64,000 nucleotides of DNA from Dehalococcoidia bacterium (GCA_965248115.1 CBDFII010000005.1:154551-218550); one strand, 5' to 3'; shown: positions 28,043-37,968, numbered from the stretch's first letter. Notes: a model not told the origin generated them from the sequence alone. Numbers and translations: made by a program.

Positions 28043-28708
28043 CTACTTCATCGCCTGAATCTCTCTGCGAGTGATCAAGACACCCATTGCCAGGGCCCAG
28101 AGGCTGGTCAACCCCGCCGGGACAGCGAAAACAATCTCGCGGGCCTGGGTTGGATCCGTGAAGAACCTGGGGATCCCAATGCCAACGAGAGCAACACCGA
28201 GGACTAGAATCACCCAGCCTAGCCATTTGGGATAGACGTCGCTGAGCACTATGCCAATGCCCAAAAGTATAAAAGCCAGCCAATTAACGACAATTACGAC
28301 ATCGAACATCTTGGCCCCAATTGCATAGAGGGAAGCGGCGATGGTGTACTGAACTGAGCCTATTACGGAGCCTGCTGCTACCCAGTCTACAGCCACGTCT
28401 GTCGTTGCCAGCAGAGCCGCCAAGCTAACTGTAGCAACTGTGGTGCCCACAACGACACCGTAGAAGCCCACTCTCGCCCAGGCGGCTGCCGCACCTGTCG
28501 ACAGGGAGCGGTACACTCCAACCGCACCCGCCATTATGGCCCAGAAGCCGAGGAGGGCACCCAAGGAAGCGATTAGCGTCCGTGTCTCGTTCCCGCCGAA
28601 CTTGGTCAATACCTCGGCTACATTACTCGGATCGTCGGTGCGAGGGAATAGAGAATTGGCGACCAACGTAGCGATGGCCCCAATCAATAATGAATGCAAT
28701 TCCCGCAA
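28043..28708 (-). CDS. Polytopic membrane protein (DUF4386-like?); the 5' end is probably mis-framed
   Basis: It has about six TM segments. A better start (GGAGGAATT-ATG at 28748, MEQGVTKGNALLKIAGIAFII) lies in another frame and merges with this ORF if one C of CCCC 28678-28681 is removed. Confidence 0.55.
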   Translation of the reverse strand: MRELHSLLIGAIATLVANSLFPRTDDPSNVAEVLTKFGGNETRTLIASLGALLGFWAIMAGAVGVYRSLSTGAAAAWARVGFYGVVVGTTVATVSLAALLATTDVAVDWVAAGSVIGSVQYTIAASLYAIGAKMFDVVIVVNWLAFILLGIGIVLSDVYPKWLGWVILVLGVALVGIGIPRFFTDPTQAREIVFAVPAGLTSLWALAMGVLITRREIQAMK

Positions 28709-28833
28709 TCTTTAGAAGAGCGTTACCTTTCGTGACTCCCTGTTCCATAATTCCTCCTGATCAAAGAAAAAAGAATAAAACGCCATTAGTCTAATCAGGT
28801 GTCAAAGGGAACATCAACAAGTTTGAGTACGAT

Positions 28834-29823
28834 TTAATGTGTCTTTGGTGTGGGTGCTTCGCTAGAAATTAGCCCTTCGCGCCGCAGGTCGTCCCAGTAT
28901 TCCGGAGGAATGGGATACTGCATCAAGCGGATGTTCTCTTTAGCCTCTCGCACTGAGCGAGCTCCCGGGATGGTCGAGGCTACAGCCGGGTGGGCGCAGA
29001 CAAACTGGAGTGCAGCTGCCCCAACGGGGACCCGGTATCGGTCACATACAGCCCAGATACGGCGTACTCGCTCCTCAGTCCCAGGTGGTGGAGGACTGCT
29101 ATCCGGTGATACATGATCGGGACCCAACAAGTAGCCACCAGTAAAGGGTGTGCCTATAACGATGCTTACATCTTTCTCCAGACACAGTGGAAGTACCTCT
29201 GAAAGGGCCGACTGGTCCAGCAGGGTGTACTTATAGGGTATTAGAAAACAGTCGAAGTCCCCCTCTCTGATAAACCTTGCAATCAATTTCAGATCGCTCA
29301 TACCTGCACCGATGGCTTTCACCACCCCCTGAGAGCGCAGCTCTGCCAGGGTGGGGTAGGCCTCCTCTATCGCCTGCCGGTAGTGCTCTTCTGGAACGAC
29401 ATGAAGATATAGGATTTCCACCTTATCAAGACGTAGACGCTGGAGACTCTGCTCAAAGCAACGCAGCACGCCGTCCCGACTGAAATCAAAGTACCGTGTA
29501 ACCTCAGGCAGGTTTCTCAGAGGGATGCGCCCCAAATCTATATTGCCTGTGGCTCTTAGCGGATAGCCGACTTTGGTAGATATGACGTAGGAATCCCTAG
29601 GAACGCTTGCCAGAGCCGACCCCAAGCGAAGCTCGCTGCGGAGATTACCATAGCCAGGGGATGTGTCCACATACCCTATCCCTAGGGCCAAGGCGCGGCG
29701 CACAGTGGCCACCGCCTGTCGGTCAGTAGCCCGCTCGATCAAGCCCAAGGGACCGCCTCCAAGGCCTAGCCGTGTAACCTTCAGCCCTGTTTTGCCTATC
29801 TCCAACTTTTGGAAGGGGTCCAT
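28834..29823 (-). CDS. Aldo/keto reductase
   Basis: The sequence MDPFQKLEIGKTGLKVTRLGLGG is followed by AKR core motifs. An RBS (GGAGGAG) precedes the ATG at 29823; the track ORF extends to 29913. Confidence 0.85.
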   Translation of the reverse strand: MDPFQKLEIGKTGLKVTRLGLGGGPLGLIERATDRQAVATVRRALALGIGYVDTSPGYGNLRSELRLGSALASVPRDSYVISTKVGYPLRATGNIDLGRIPLRNLPEVTRYFDFSRDGVLRCFEQSLQRLRLDKVEILYLHVVPEEHYRQAIEEAYPTLAELRSQGVVKAIGAGMSDLKLIARFIREGDFDCFLIPYKYTLLDQSALSEVLPLCLEKDVSIVIGTPFTGGYLLGPDHVSPDSSPPPPGTEERVRRIWAVCDRYRVPVGAAALQFVCAHPAVASTIPGARSVREAKENIRLMQYPIPPEYWDDLRREGLISSEAPTPKTH

Positions 29824-30025
29824 TTTCTCCTCCATCAGTTCGCTATGTTTGTAGAGGGCAGGAAGATGAGGATGCTCTCTAACTCTTATGGGAGAGCTAA
29901 ACCATCTTAGCACAGGGTACTCACCTGTCCTACTGGATGTCTATCTCAAAGTATTTGACATCAAGGTCCAACTCAGTTATGTTCCCTACGCAAAGCAAGG
30001 GAACGCAGCTAGAATGAGGAGAGAA

Positions 30026-30613
30026 ATGCCCCCACAATCAGAGCGATGGCTGGAGATTTTCGAGCCTGTGGTAGCGTATCAGGACACCAGGGCCGTCCAG
30101 ATATCCCCATCGCCTAGGCCCACCAACCTGGAAGGCAAGCGGGTAGTCTTTATTGCCAACTTTAAGCCCCGATCGCTGCCCTTCATGGAGGTAGTGGCTA
30201 CAACGGCATCTCAGCAGATCCATCTGGGAGAGGCTGTCACTAAACAACCCACCTGGCCCTTCACCCACGCAGACCGCCTAAAGGAGATCGAGCCCCAGGT
30301 GGAGGTGCTGGCTAAAACGTGCGACGCAATGGTGACCGGGATAGGGGACTGAGGGGCCTGCACGCTGTGGAGTGTCCACGCAGCGACCAGCTTCGAGAGG
30401 CATGGCATCCCTTCGGTGATAATCGCCACCGACCTGTTCTTGGCTCACGCCCGCCGTCTGCTGGCCAGTCTTGGTTGCGCCCACACCCCCGTAGTGGTGA
30501 CTCCCAACCCCATCGTGTACTTAAATGCGAAGGAAGTTCAGCAACGTGCCGAGGCCCTTGTTCCTGAGATATCTCGGAGTATCACCACCCAGGGAAGACA
30601 GGTCGGAAGCTAG
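30026..30613 (+). CDS. Candidate selenoprotein (U-G-A-C motif); TGA at 30350-30352 read as Sec
   Basis: Track ORFs 29888..30352 and 30416..30613 are in the same frame with only this TGA between them. The translation across it is ...CDAMVTGIGD-U-GACTLWSVHAATSFERHGIPSVIIATD.... It aligns end to end with the paralogue at 49562..50107. An RBS (GAGGAG) precedes the ATG at 30026. Confidence 0.6.
30363..30385 (+). promoter_or_regulatory. SECIS-like hairpin downstream of the in-frame TGA
   Basis: The sequence CGC-T-GTGGA GTG TCCAC-G-CA-GCG forms a 5-bp apical stem plus a G.U pair plus 3 bp. The loop is GUG, and 19 nt separate the TGA from the loop. Confidence 0.35.
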
Positions 30614-30641
30614 TAACCAAAGGGCGATACACAGGAGGGTT

Positions 30642-31703
30642 ATGGTCAATAGAATCAAGATACAGGTGGACTCGGAAGAGGACGCCTCCGCCGATTTCTT
30701 TGACACCGCCTGTGATCGGGGCTGGACCGATGGTCTGCCAGTGATCCCGCCAACCCCCGAACGGGTGGAGGGCATGCTAGCCACAGTAGAGCGAGACCCC
30801 CAAGAGGTGGTCGCCATTCTGCCGCCTCGACAGGGTCCCGCCACTGTCGAAAGCCTGGCCGTTAATGCGGTGATGGCGGGTTGCCGACCCGAGTACTTCC
30901 CGGTGGTGGTGGCGGCAGTGGAGGCCATAGGTGACCCTCGGTTCCCTCGACGCACGCTATCTGGCCACACCCTTGAGACCCCATTCCTGCTCATCAATGG
31001 CCCCATCAGAAGAGAGATCAACATCAACTGTGAGACAGCATGTCTGGGACCCGGACGGCGGGCCAACGCTACCATCGGTCGAGCCCTTCAGCTTATCATG
31101 ATCAACGTAGGAGGAGGCATACCTGATGGGGTGATCAGCACCAATATGTCCTCGCCTCTCCATTACACCTTTTGCGCAGGGGAAAACGAGGAAGAAAGCC
31201 CCTGGGAACCCTTCCATATGGAGCATGGTTACAAGAAAGAGCAGAGCGTGGTCACCGCCTTTCGGGCCACCTCCTACATCGCCCTACTTGCCCCTTTGGA
31301 CTATTGGGACGAATCAGTAGAAGGCATCCTAAGCCATACCGCCGGTTCCATGGTCTCCCCTGATCAAACCGCATTGTATGGGGGAAACCTGTGCGCCTTG
31401 TTGCTGGTAACCCCCGAACGGGCCCAGTTCTTTGCCCAGGAGGGACTATCTAAAGCGGACGTCAAGGCGAGGCTTTGCGAGAAAGCATCGCTACCTCTCT
31501 CTGTTTTTCGCCCGGGAGTGAGGCAGACTTTGGAGGAACTGGGGCGGGTAAAGAGCGATAAAGTTACGATGTTTGACAGACCCGATGAGATTCATATCGT
31601 TGTCATGGGCGGGCCAGGGATCTACTCCATCTTCATCCCTGGCTTCTCTCACGAGGTAGTCCCCACTGCCCCAGTAGGCAAGCTAATCTCCACAGGGATG
31701 TAG
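30642..31703 (+). CDS. Uncharacterised conserved protein (GWTDGLPVxPPT / AVNAVMAGC / RANATxGRA motifs), partner of the TGA-containing gene
   Basis: An RBS (AGGAGGG) precedes the ATG at 30642, 28 nt after the upstream stop. The 353-aa protein is a clear paralogue of 50139..51182. I recognise no family. Confidence 0.7.
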   Translation: MVNRIKIQVDSEEDASADFFDTACDRGWTDGLPVIPPTPERVEGMLATVERDPQEVVAILPPRQGPATVESLAVNAVMAGCRPEYFPVVVAAVEAIGDPRFPRRTLSGHTLETPFLLINGPIRREININCETACLGPGRRANATIGRALQLIMINVGGGIPDGVISTNMSSPLHYTFCAGENEEESPWEPFHMEHGYKKEQSVVTAFRATSYIALLAPLDYWDESVEGILSHTAGSMVSPDQTALYGGNLCALLLVTPERAQFFAQEGLSKADVKARLCEKASLPLSVFRPGVRQTLEELGRVKSDKVTMFDRPDEIHIVVMGGPGIYSIFIPGFSHEVVPTAPVGKLISTGM

Positions 31704-31833
31704 TAGTATAGTAAAATACTTGGCAGATTAGACAGCACCGACAACATACTCAATACGTTCGGTGTCATGCTCGGCCGGTTCCGGGCGATCTGTATTTCAT
31801 GTTCTTAGACTATATGACGTAGAAAGGAGCTTT

Positions 31834-32142
31834 ATGTATCTCGTTAGACGAGTGTGGAAAGTGAAGCCAGGGACTGCACGCAAGGCAGCGACAATAATAG
31901 CCCAGATAGGGAAGGTGTACGAGGAAGCGGGGCAGCGCTCCCCAACAAGGGTCTATACGAGCGGTGGTAGTGTTCCAGGGCCAGCCAACACCGTCTATAT
32001 GGACTGGACTGAGGAGGAGTTGCGATCCCCTTATCGCTCTGGAAACAAATCACCCAATGAGACTTCGGCACTTGCGGCGCAGCTTAGCGAATTCCAGGAG
32101 GAGAATTACATCGAGTTCTACGAGCTGTTTACTCCTGCCTGA
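31834..32142 (+). CDS. Hypothetical 102-aa protein
   Basis: An RBS (AAAGGAG) precedes the ATG at 31834. The sequence MYLVRRVWKVKPGTARKAATIIAQIGKVYEE...ENYIEFYELF looks compatible with a small alpha+beta fold. I recognise no family. Confidence 0.5.
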   Translation: MYLVRRVWKVKPGTARKAATIIAQIGKVYEEAGQRSPTRVYTSGGSVPGPANTVYMDWTEEELRSPYRSGNKSPNETSALAAQLSEFQEENYIEFYELFTPA

Positions 32143-32171
32143 CCACCTAAGGATGTCCCCCAAAAAGCCGT

Positions 32172-32969
32172 TTAGAGCAAACGAACTAGGTCCTCCATCG
32201 CAAAAACCGGGCCAACCGACAGGCTGATCTCGGGCCGTGCGTATAGTTCAGGAGGCACGCCAATATCGGCGAGGTAAAGTTCGCCCACGTGAGGCATAGC
32301 GGTCGGTGTCCGGAGCCCCGTCTTAGGCAGAGCTAAGGATAAGGTAGCTGTCGCCATAATAGCGAGTTGTTGGACGGCTCCAGTGGTTGCGTCTACACCA
32401 CTAGGCACATCGAGGGAAAGGATCGGGGAGGCATGGTCGTTGGCAACACGAATGAGTTCGGCAGCAGCACCTTTGGGAGGGCCTTTCAAGCTATATCCGA
32501 TGATCGCATCTACAATAAGATCGGCGGCAGGTACCTCGATACCACCTAAACCATGGCTGACGGAGATGTCCAGTCGCTGCACGATACCTAGCTGCTCTGA
32601 GGGCACCCCGTGGAATACTGAGGGAGGTGCTGTGGTAATAATCTGCACCTTTGCACCCCAGTTGTGAAGGTGCCTTGCGCAGACCAGACCGCCACCTCCA
32701 TTGCCACCTGTCCCAGCCAGCACCAGAACCTGACGTTTACGCGGATCACCACTTAGAAATCGAGAGCGAGCCAGGTGGGCTAAGTTACGGCCTGCGTTTT
32801 CCATCATCTGAACGAGCAGTATGCCGTACTGTTGCTCCATAACCCGGTCCACCTCACGCATCTGATCAGCGGTAACGAAGGGGACATTTAACTTGCTAAT
32901 ACCTGATGGCATAGGTAAAACTCCGTCTGTGTGGTCATCCGAAACTACTGCAGGAATTTTATATCTCAA
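32172..32969 (-). CDS. NAD(P)H-hydrate epimerase (YjeF N-terminal domain)
   Basis: The motif VLVLAGTGGNGGGGLVCARHLHNWG and the ~230-260-aa length fit. The true start may be the internal Met at 32912. Confidence 0.8.
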   Translation of the reverse strand: MRYKIPAVVSDDHTDGVLPMPSGISKLNVPFVTADQMREVDRVMEQQYGILLVQMMENAGRNLAHLARSRFLSGDPRKRQVLVLAGTGGNGGGGLVCARHLHNWGAKVQIITTAPPSVFHGVPSEQLGIVQRLDISVSHGLGGIEVPAADLIVDAIIGYSLKGPPKGAAAELIRVANDHASPILSLDVPSGVDATTGAVQQLAIMATATLSLALPKTGLRTPTAMPHVGELYLADIGVPPELYARPEISLSVGPVFAMEDLVRLL

Positions 32970-33038
32970 GATCAGTTATGTGGCAGCAGCCAAGGCAGAG
33001 TAGCCCGTCCATATGACGTGGCCGGCTTACTGTCGCTC

Positions 33039-34852
33039 CTAACCCATGCCAGACTCCCTGGCGGCCAGGATATGCCCAATGTGAGTAAACGCCTGGGGAA
33101 AGTTGCCCAAGGCGGCTCCTGTTCGGGGATCAAACATCTCTGAAAAGAGTCCCAGGTGATTAGCACAGCCCAGAAGCTCTTGGAATAGTCGCCGCGCCTC
33201 TTCCACCTCTCCCATGCGGGCCAGAACCTGGACCAGCCAGAAGCTGCATAGAGTGAAGGCCCCTTCGCCCCCAGTTATCCCGTCGTCCGACTCCTCGGTG
33301 AGGTAGCGTTGCAAAAAGGGCCCATACCCCAGCTCTTCTCGGATGCGCTTTACCGTAGAGACTATCCGTGGATCGTCGAAGGGAAGAAACCCCATCAGCG
33401 GTAGGAGCAGATTGCTGGCATCCATAGCGTCGGTGTCATAATGCTGGACGAAGGCCTGTTTCCTCTGGCTCCACCCCCGTTTTAGCACCTCCTCCTTGAT
33501 GGTCTGGACTGTACGCTCCCACTCCTCGCTCTCGGATCCAGTACGGCCTGTATGCCTGGCTAGAGCCACTGCCCGGTCGAGGGCAACCCAACACATGACC
33601 TTGGAGTAAACAAAGTGGTATGGGCCGCTACGGACCTCCCATATACCGCTATCGGGCTCCTGCCAGCGGGCTCGGCTTGATTGGCTAACTCTCGCAAAAG
33701 CTCCCATTGAGTGTCGTTGATAGATTCACCGCTGGTGGCGAGTAGGTGCGCGCTGGCCAGCACCTCGCCGTAGACGTCGTGTTGTACCTGGTCAGAGGCG
33801 TCGTTGCCGATACGAACGGGCTCAGAGCGGCAGTACCCTTCCAGATGAGAAAGAGTCTCCTCTGCCATGTCCGTGCTACCGTCCACTCTGGAGACGATTT
33901 GGATGTGGTCTTGTCCTATACACTCTGTACATACCTCGTCAAGCCACCGGAAGAAAGATAAGGCCTCATCTCGGTGGCCCAACGTCAGCAAAGCCTGGAT
34001 GGTGAAAGCAGCATCCCTCAACCAGGTATATCTATAGTCCCAGTTTCGCACTCCTCCAATCTTCTCTGGTAAGGAGGTAGTAGGAGCGGCTACAATTCCC
34101 CCAGTGGATCGGTACGTTAGCAGGTGGAGGACCAGATATGAACGAACCACGTGGGTGCGCAACGGACCCTCACAGTCCACCTCTTCCGCCTTTCTCCCCC
34201 AATAATCGTGGGTGCGCTCTAACCGCTCCTGAGGGGTTAGCCCATCCTTCTCCTCAGGGGTTGTAGCATCTCTATAAGAGAGGACGAACACCACCCCCTC
34301 CCCTTCTCGAAGGGTGAACACTCCTTGGGCCTCGTCGCCCACGACCTCCAGGGGCACGGGAGAACGTAATATCATAGATCTTTCCTGATCCGACCAAATG
34401 ACAGCGTCCCCCTGATTTGACAGATTAGCCGAGACACGAGCGTAATCTGGCCGCGGAGTGTAGATTATTTGGAAGGCCACTGTCCCTTTCTGACATTGGA
34501 TGTAACGGATGATCTGGTGAAGCTCCACAAGGGTGCCATCTTGTTTCTCATACAGAGGCATGCAATCGGTAACGGTCGCGACACCATCGGCCATAACGAA
34601 CTCCGTCTCTAGGACATTGGTATCGCCTACATAGCGCTGAGTAGATGTATACTCCTCCCGGGGCGTGATGGAGAACTGGCCTCCCTTTTTAGCGTCCAAG
34701 ATAGCAGCGAATACACTTGGTGAGTCGAAGCGAGGGAAGCAGCACCAGTCGATAGAACCATCAATACCAACCAGGGCCGCCGAACGACGGTTGCCGATGA
34801 GCCCGTAGTCGCTGATGGGCTTGTAAGCCGCCTTTTGCCGGCTGGAACTCAC
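33039..34852 (-). pseudogene. Glycoside hydrolase family 15 (glucoamylase/trehalase-like), split into two overlapping frames
   Basis: The N-terminal ORF 33560..34852 (YKPISDYGLIGN...WCCFPRFDSPSVFA...NWDYRYTWLRDA) and the C-terminal ORF 33039..33707 (RWQEPDSGIWEVR...SKVMCWVALDR) together make about 600 aa. The junction is at GGG 33668-33670. Confidence 0.75.
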
Positions 34853-35586
34853 ACGCCTACACCTTCAATCCGGGCTGCTACCGCTTTGGTGAGGAACCAG
34901 TGAACGTTCTCCGACACTGGACACACCAGTGCAGCGGGAGGCAGCGGGTTACCGGATGGGGAGTGAAGAACCTTTTTTAGTGCATCTGCCTTGGACCCAT
35001 CGGTCGCAAGGAAAGCAACGGCGCGGGCTGCGTTGATCAATGGCAGCGTAAAGGTCACCCGAAAAGCGTGAAGGTGGGGTATCCAGTTGGCCACTATCAG
35101 CCGTTGCCTTTCATAAAGAGCATCTGTCCCTGGAAACAGGGAGGCGGTGTGGCCATCCTCACCCATACCCAATAAGATCAGGTCAAAGATAGGAGTGTCA
35201 GTCAAGAATCCTCGACGCAACTCCCGCTCGTATTCCTCCGAGGCGTCTTGGGGATTGGTTTCGCCACGTATGCGATGTATTTGATCCGAGGGGATCTGCA
35301 CCCCGTCCAAGAAAGCCTCTTTAGCCATACGATAATTGCTGTCCTTATGGTATGGGGGAACGCAACGCTCATCGCCCCAGAAGAGATGCCACCGCTCCCA
35401 AGCAATACGTTTTTTATAGGCCGGCGAGGCGAGCACCTGGTACAGTCTCCGAGGAGTGGAGCCTCCTGCAAGGGCTATAGTGAATCGGCCTTGAGTATGG
35501 CCCTGTTTTTCGGCGAGGGATGCGACAAACTCAGCAGCGGCCTGGACAGTCGCCTCAGGCGTGGGTAGGATATGAAGTTCAGGCAT
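34849..35586 (-). CDS. pgl: 6-phosphogluconolactonase
   Basis: The motifs [23 protein letters not shown] and [13 protein letters not shown] are present. The start overlaps the zwf stop (ATGCCTGA). Confidence 0.85.
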   Translation of the reverse strand: MPELHILPTPEATVQAAAEFVASLAEKQGHTQGRFTIALAGGSTPRRLYQVLASPAYKKRIAWERWHLFWGDERCVPPYHKDSNYRMAKEAFLDGVQIPSDQIHRIRGETNPQDASEEYERELRRGFLTDTPIFDLILLGMGEDGHTASLFPGTDALYERQRLIVANWIPHLHAFRVTFTLPLINAARAVAFLATDGSKADALKKVLHSPSGNPLPPAALVCPVSENVHWFLTKAVAARIEGVGV

Positions 35587-37060
35587 GGTCCTCGTCATGG
35601 CCACCACACACATTTAGCCATCCACGCCCGTCCCCAGCAAGAAGGGCATCAGCAGCATCGGGCCCCCACGAGCCCGCCTCATAGATGTGTATCGGGTAGG
35701 CCTTCTCAAGTTCATCTCCTTGCAGCAGCAGATCAACAATGCGCCAGGCCTCCTCGATATGGTCGCTGCGCATAAAGAGAGAGGAGTCTCCCTCCAGGGC
35801 ATCCTCTAGCAGACGCTCGTACGCTTCAGGGATCACGTGGCTCCCAAAAGCGGTGTCATAGTGGAACTCCATGTCAACTGACCTCATGCTCATTCCTTGA
35901 TCAGGGACCTTGGCCTGGAACTTCAGGTGCGCTCCTTCGTCGGGCTGGAGACAAATGGACAGAATGTTGGGGGTTAGGTCCTGGCCGGGTCCCAGCGAGA
36001 ACATCAGGTGAGGTGGACATTGAAACTGGATAACTATCTCCGAGGCCTTCCGTACCATGGACTTGCCTGTGCGCAGGTAAAAGGGCACTCCCTGCCAGCG
36101 CCAGTTGTCCACGTACAGGCGTAGAGCTGCGAAGGTAGCAGTTGTGGACTCGTGAGAGACACCCTTTTCCCCCAGGTAACCCCGATATTGGCCCAATAAG
36201 ACATTCTTAGCAACATCTTCGGGGGTCCACCGCCGAATAGCCTTGAGCACATCTACTTTTCTATTCCGCAGGGAGTCGGAGTCCATGGCGCTGGGCGGCT
36301 CCATAGCGACCATAGTGAGCAACTGAAGCAGATGATTCTGCACCATGTCTCGAATCACGCCCGAGTGATCGTAATAACCCGCCCGATCACCTACTCCGAC
36401 ATCCTCGGCCACGGTGATTTGCACATTATCCACGTAGTTACGATTCCACACTGGCTCGAATATTGCGTTGGCGAAGCGGAACACCAGGAGGTTCTGCACT
36501 GTCTCCTTGCCAAGGTAGTGGTCGATGCGGTAGACCTGGGTCTCGTCGAAGTACCGGTGTATAAGCTGATTCAGAGACTGGGCTGACCCGACATCGCTCC
36601 CGAAGGGCTTCTCTATGACAATTCGGCGCCAGCCCGAATCCTCCTTCGCCAGACTAGAGGCTCCCAGGTTTTGAATCGCCTTTTCATATAGGTTGGGGGC
36701 AATCGAGAGGTAGAACAGCCGATTGGCAGGGCGTCTCTCACCTTCCAAACTCTTCAATTGTTCCTCCAGGCGAGCGAGGTGATCCAGTTCCCCCAGGTCT
36801 CCGACAACGTAGTGAATGTCCTGAGCAAACAGCTCCCACTCTTCTCTGGGCACCGCCAGCTCACCGAACTCCTGCACACCCTTCCACATAACCTCCCGGA
36901 ACTGATCGTCCGAGTGGTCGGAACGGGCAAAACCGACGATTTGCAGACCTTCTGGGAGCCGCCCCTTGCACCGCAAGTTGAAAAGCGCTGGTACCAGCTT
37001 CCGCCGAGTCAGGTCACCGGTGGCACCCAGTATAACGATGGTTGTGATGCCGTCTGACAT
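35579..37060 (-). CDS. zwf: Glucose-6-phosphate dehydrogenase
   Basis: The motifs [25 protein letters not shown] and EKP are present in a 493-aa ORF. Confidence 0.95.
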   Translation of the reverse strand: MSDGITTIVILGATGDLTRRKLVPALFNLRCKGRLPEGLQIVGFARSDHSDDQFREVMWKGVQEFGELAVPREEWELFAQDIHYVVGDLGELDHLARLEEQLKSLEGERRPANRLFYLSIAPNLYEKAIQNLGASSLAKEDSGWRRIVIEKPFGSDVGSAQSLNQLIHRYFDETQVYRIDHYLGKETVQNLLVFRFANAIFEPVWNRNYVDNVQITVAEDVGVGDRAGYYDHSGVIRDMVQNHLLQLLTMVAMEPPSAMDSDSLRNRKVDVLKAIRRWTPEDVAKNVLLGQYRGYLGEKGVSHESTTATFAALRLYVDNWRWQGVPFYLRTGKSMVRKASEIVIQFQCPPHLMFSLGPGQDLTPNILSICLQPDEGAHLKFQAKVPDQGMSMRSVDMEFHYDTAFGSHVIPEAYERLLEDALEGDSSLFMRSDHIEEAWRIVDLLLQGDELEKAYPIHIYEAGSWGPDAADALLAGDGRGWLNVCGGHDEDHA

Positions 37061-37968
37061 TACTCAACCTTTTTGACGGCATGGCCGCCAAACTGATTTC
37101 GCATGGCCGCCAGTACTTTGCCACCGAATGGCTGGTCCTGGCGGGAGCGGAAGCGCGCCTGAAGGGACTGAGTGATCACTGGCGCTGGCACCGCTAGCTC
37201 GATGGACTCCTGTACCGTCCAGCGGCCTTCGCCAGAGTCTTCAACATACGACTGTAGGCTTTCTAGCTCGGGGTCTTCATGAAGGGCTGAGGCCGTCAGG
37301 TCCAGCAGCCAGGATCGCACTACGCTCCCATATCGCCAGATTTCGGCAATCTGGGCCAGATCCAGACCAAACTCCCCCTTCGCCTGCATCAACTCAAATC
37401 CCTCTGCGTAGGCCTCCATTAGGCCATACTCGATGCCGTTGTGTATCATCTTAACGAAGTGGCCTGCCCCGGCAGGGCCAACGTGGCCGTACCCCTTATC
37501 TGGCCCAGGGGCCAACGTCTGTAATATGGGCTCTACTCGGCGGAATGCTTCCAGGTCGCCCCCCACCATGAGGCTGTAGCCCTCTTTAAGGCCCCACACA
37601 CCACCGCTAGTACCGGCATCCAGAAAGAAGAGGCCATGCTCCTTGAGGGCCGTCGCTCGACGTATGCTATCCTTGTAGTAGGAGTTACCACCATCGATGA
37701 TGGTGTCACCTGAAGATAGCGCCCCGGCCAGGGTGTCGATAGTGCTCTCCGTTGGCTCGCCCGATGGCACCATTACCCACACCGCTCGCGGGGAGGCAAG
37801 CTGTACTACCAGGTCGGCAATGGCAGAGGCGCTTACAGCTCCTTGCTGGACAAGGACTTGAACCGCTTCCGCACTTGGATCGTAGACCACCACCCGGTGT
37901 CCTCCGTGGAGTAAGCGCTGGGTCATATTACCCCCCATACGGCCCAGACCTATCATTCCTATTTCCAC
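37060..37968 (-). CDS. gnd: 6-phosphogluconate dehydrogenase (decarboxylating), short ~300-aa form
   Basis: The motifs [21 protein letters not shown] and HF.KM.HNGIEYG are present. The stop overlaps the zwf start (TAATG). Confidence 0.85.
   Translation of the reverse strand: MEIGMIGLGRMGGNMTQRLLHGGHRVVVYDPSAEAVQVLVQQGAVSASAIADLVVQLASPRAVWVMVPSGEPTESTIDTLAGALSSGDTIIDGGNSYYKDSIRRATALKEHGLFFLDAGTSGGVWGLKEGYSLMVGGDLEAFRRVEPILQTLAPGPDKGYGHVGPAGAGHFVKMIHNGIEYGLMEAYAEGFELMQAKGEFGLDLAQIAEIWRYGSVVRSWLLDLTASALHEDPELESLQSYVEDSGEGRWTVQESIELAVPAPVITQSLQARFRSRQDQPFGGKVLAAMRNQFGGHAVKKVE

Noticed and set aside
29888-30613. The alternative reading of the TGA-separated ORF pairs as ordinary stops, nonsense-mutated pseudogenes, or two separate small genes.
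   Set aside because: This reading is not excluded but is judged less likely. The same column carries TGA in two diverged paralogues, and conservation continues downstream. The downstream pieces lack RBS and ATG starts (GTG only). A hairpin sits at the same offset in both. A final decision needs the Sec machinery and homologue checks listed in the findings.
30525-30641. An upstream extension of partner gene 1 (the track ORF starts at 30525 and overlaps the 3' end of the TGA-containing gene).
   Set aside because: The extension (MRRKFSNVPRPLFLRYLGVSPP...) has no counterpart in the paralogue and no RBS. The ATG at 30642 has AGGAGGG upstream and aligns with the paralogue's N-terminus.
30521-31075. 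A 184-aa minus-strand ORF opposite partner gene 1, and likewise a 207-aa plus-strand ORF at 50185..50808 opposite partner gene 2.
   Set aside because: Both are antisense to the conserved paralogous genes. Their apparent pairing is a by-product of sense-strand conservation, and the sequences are Pro/Arg/Ser-rich junk.
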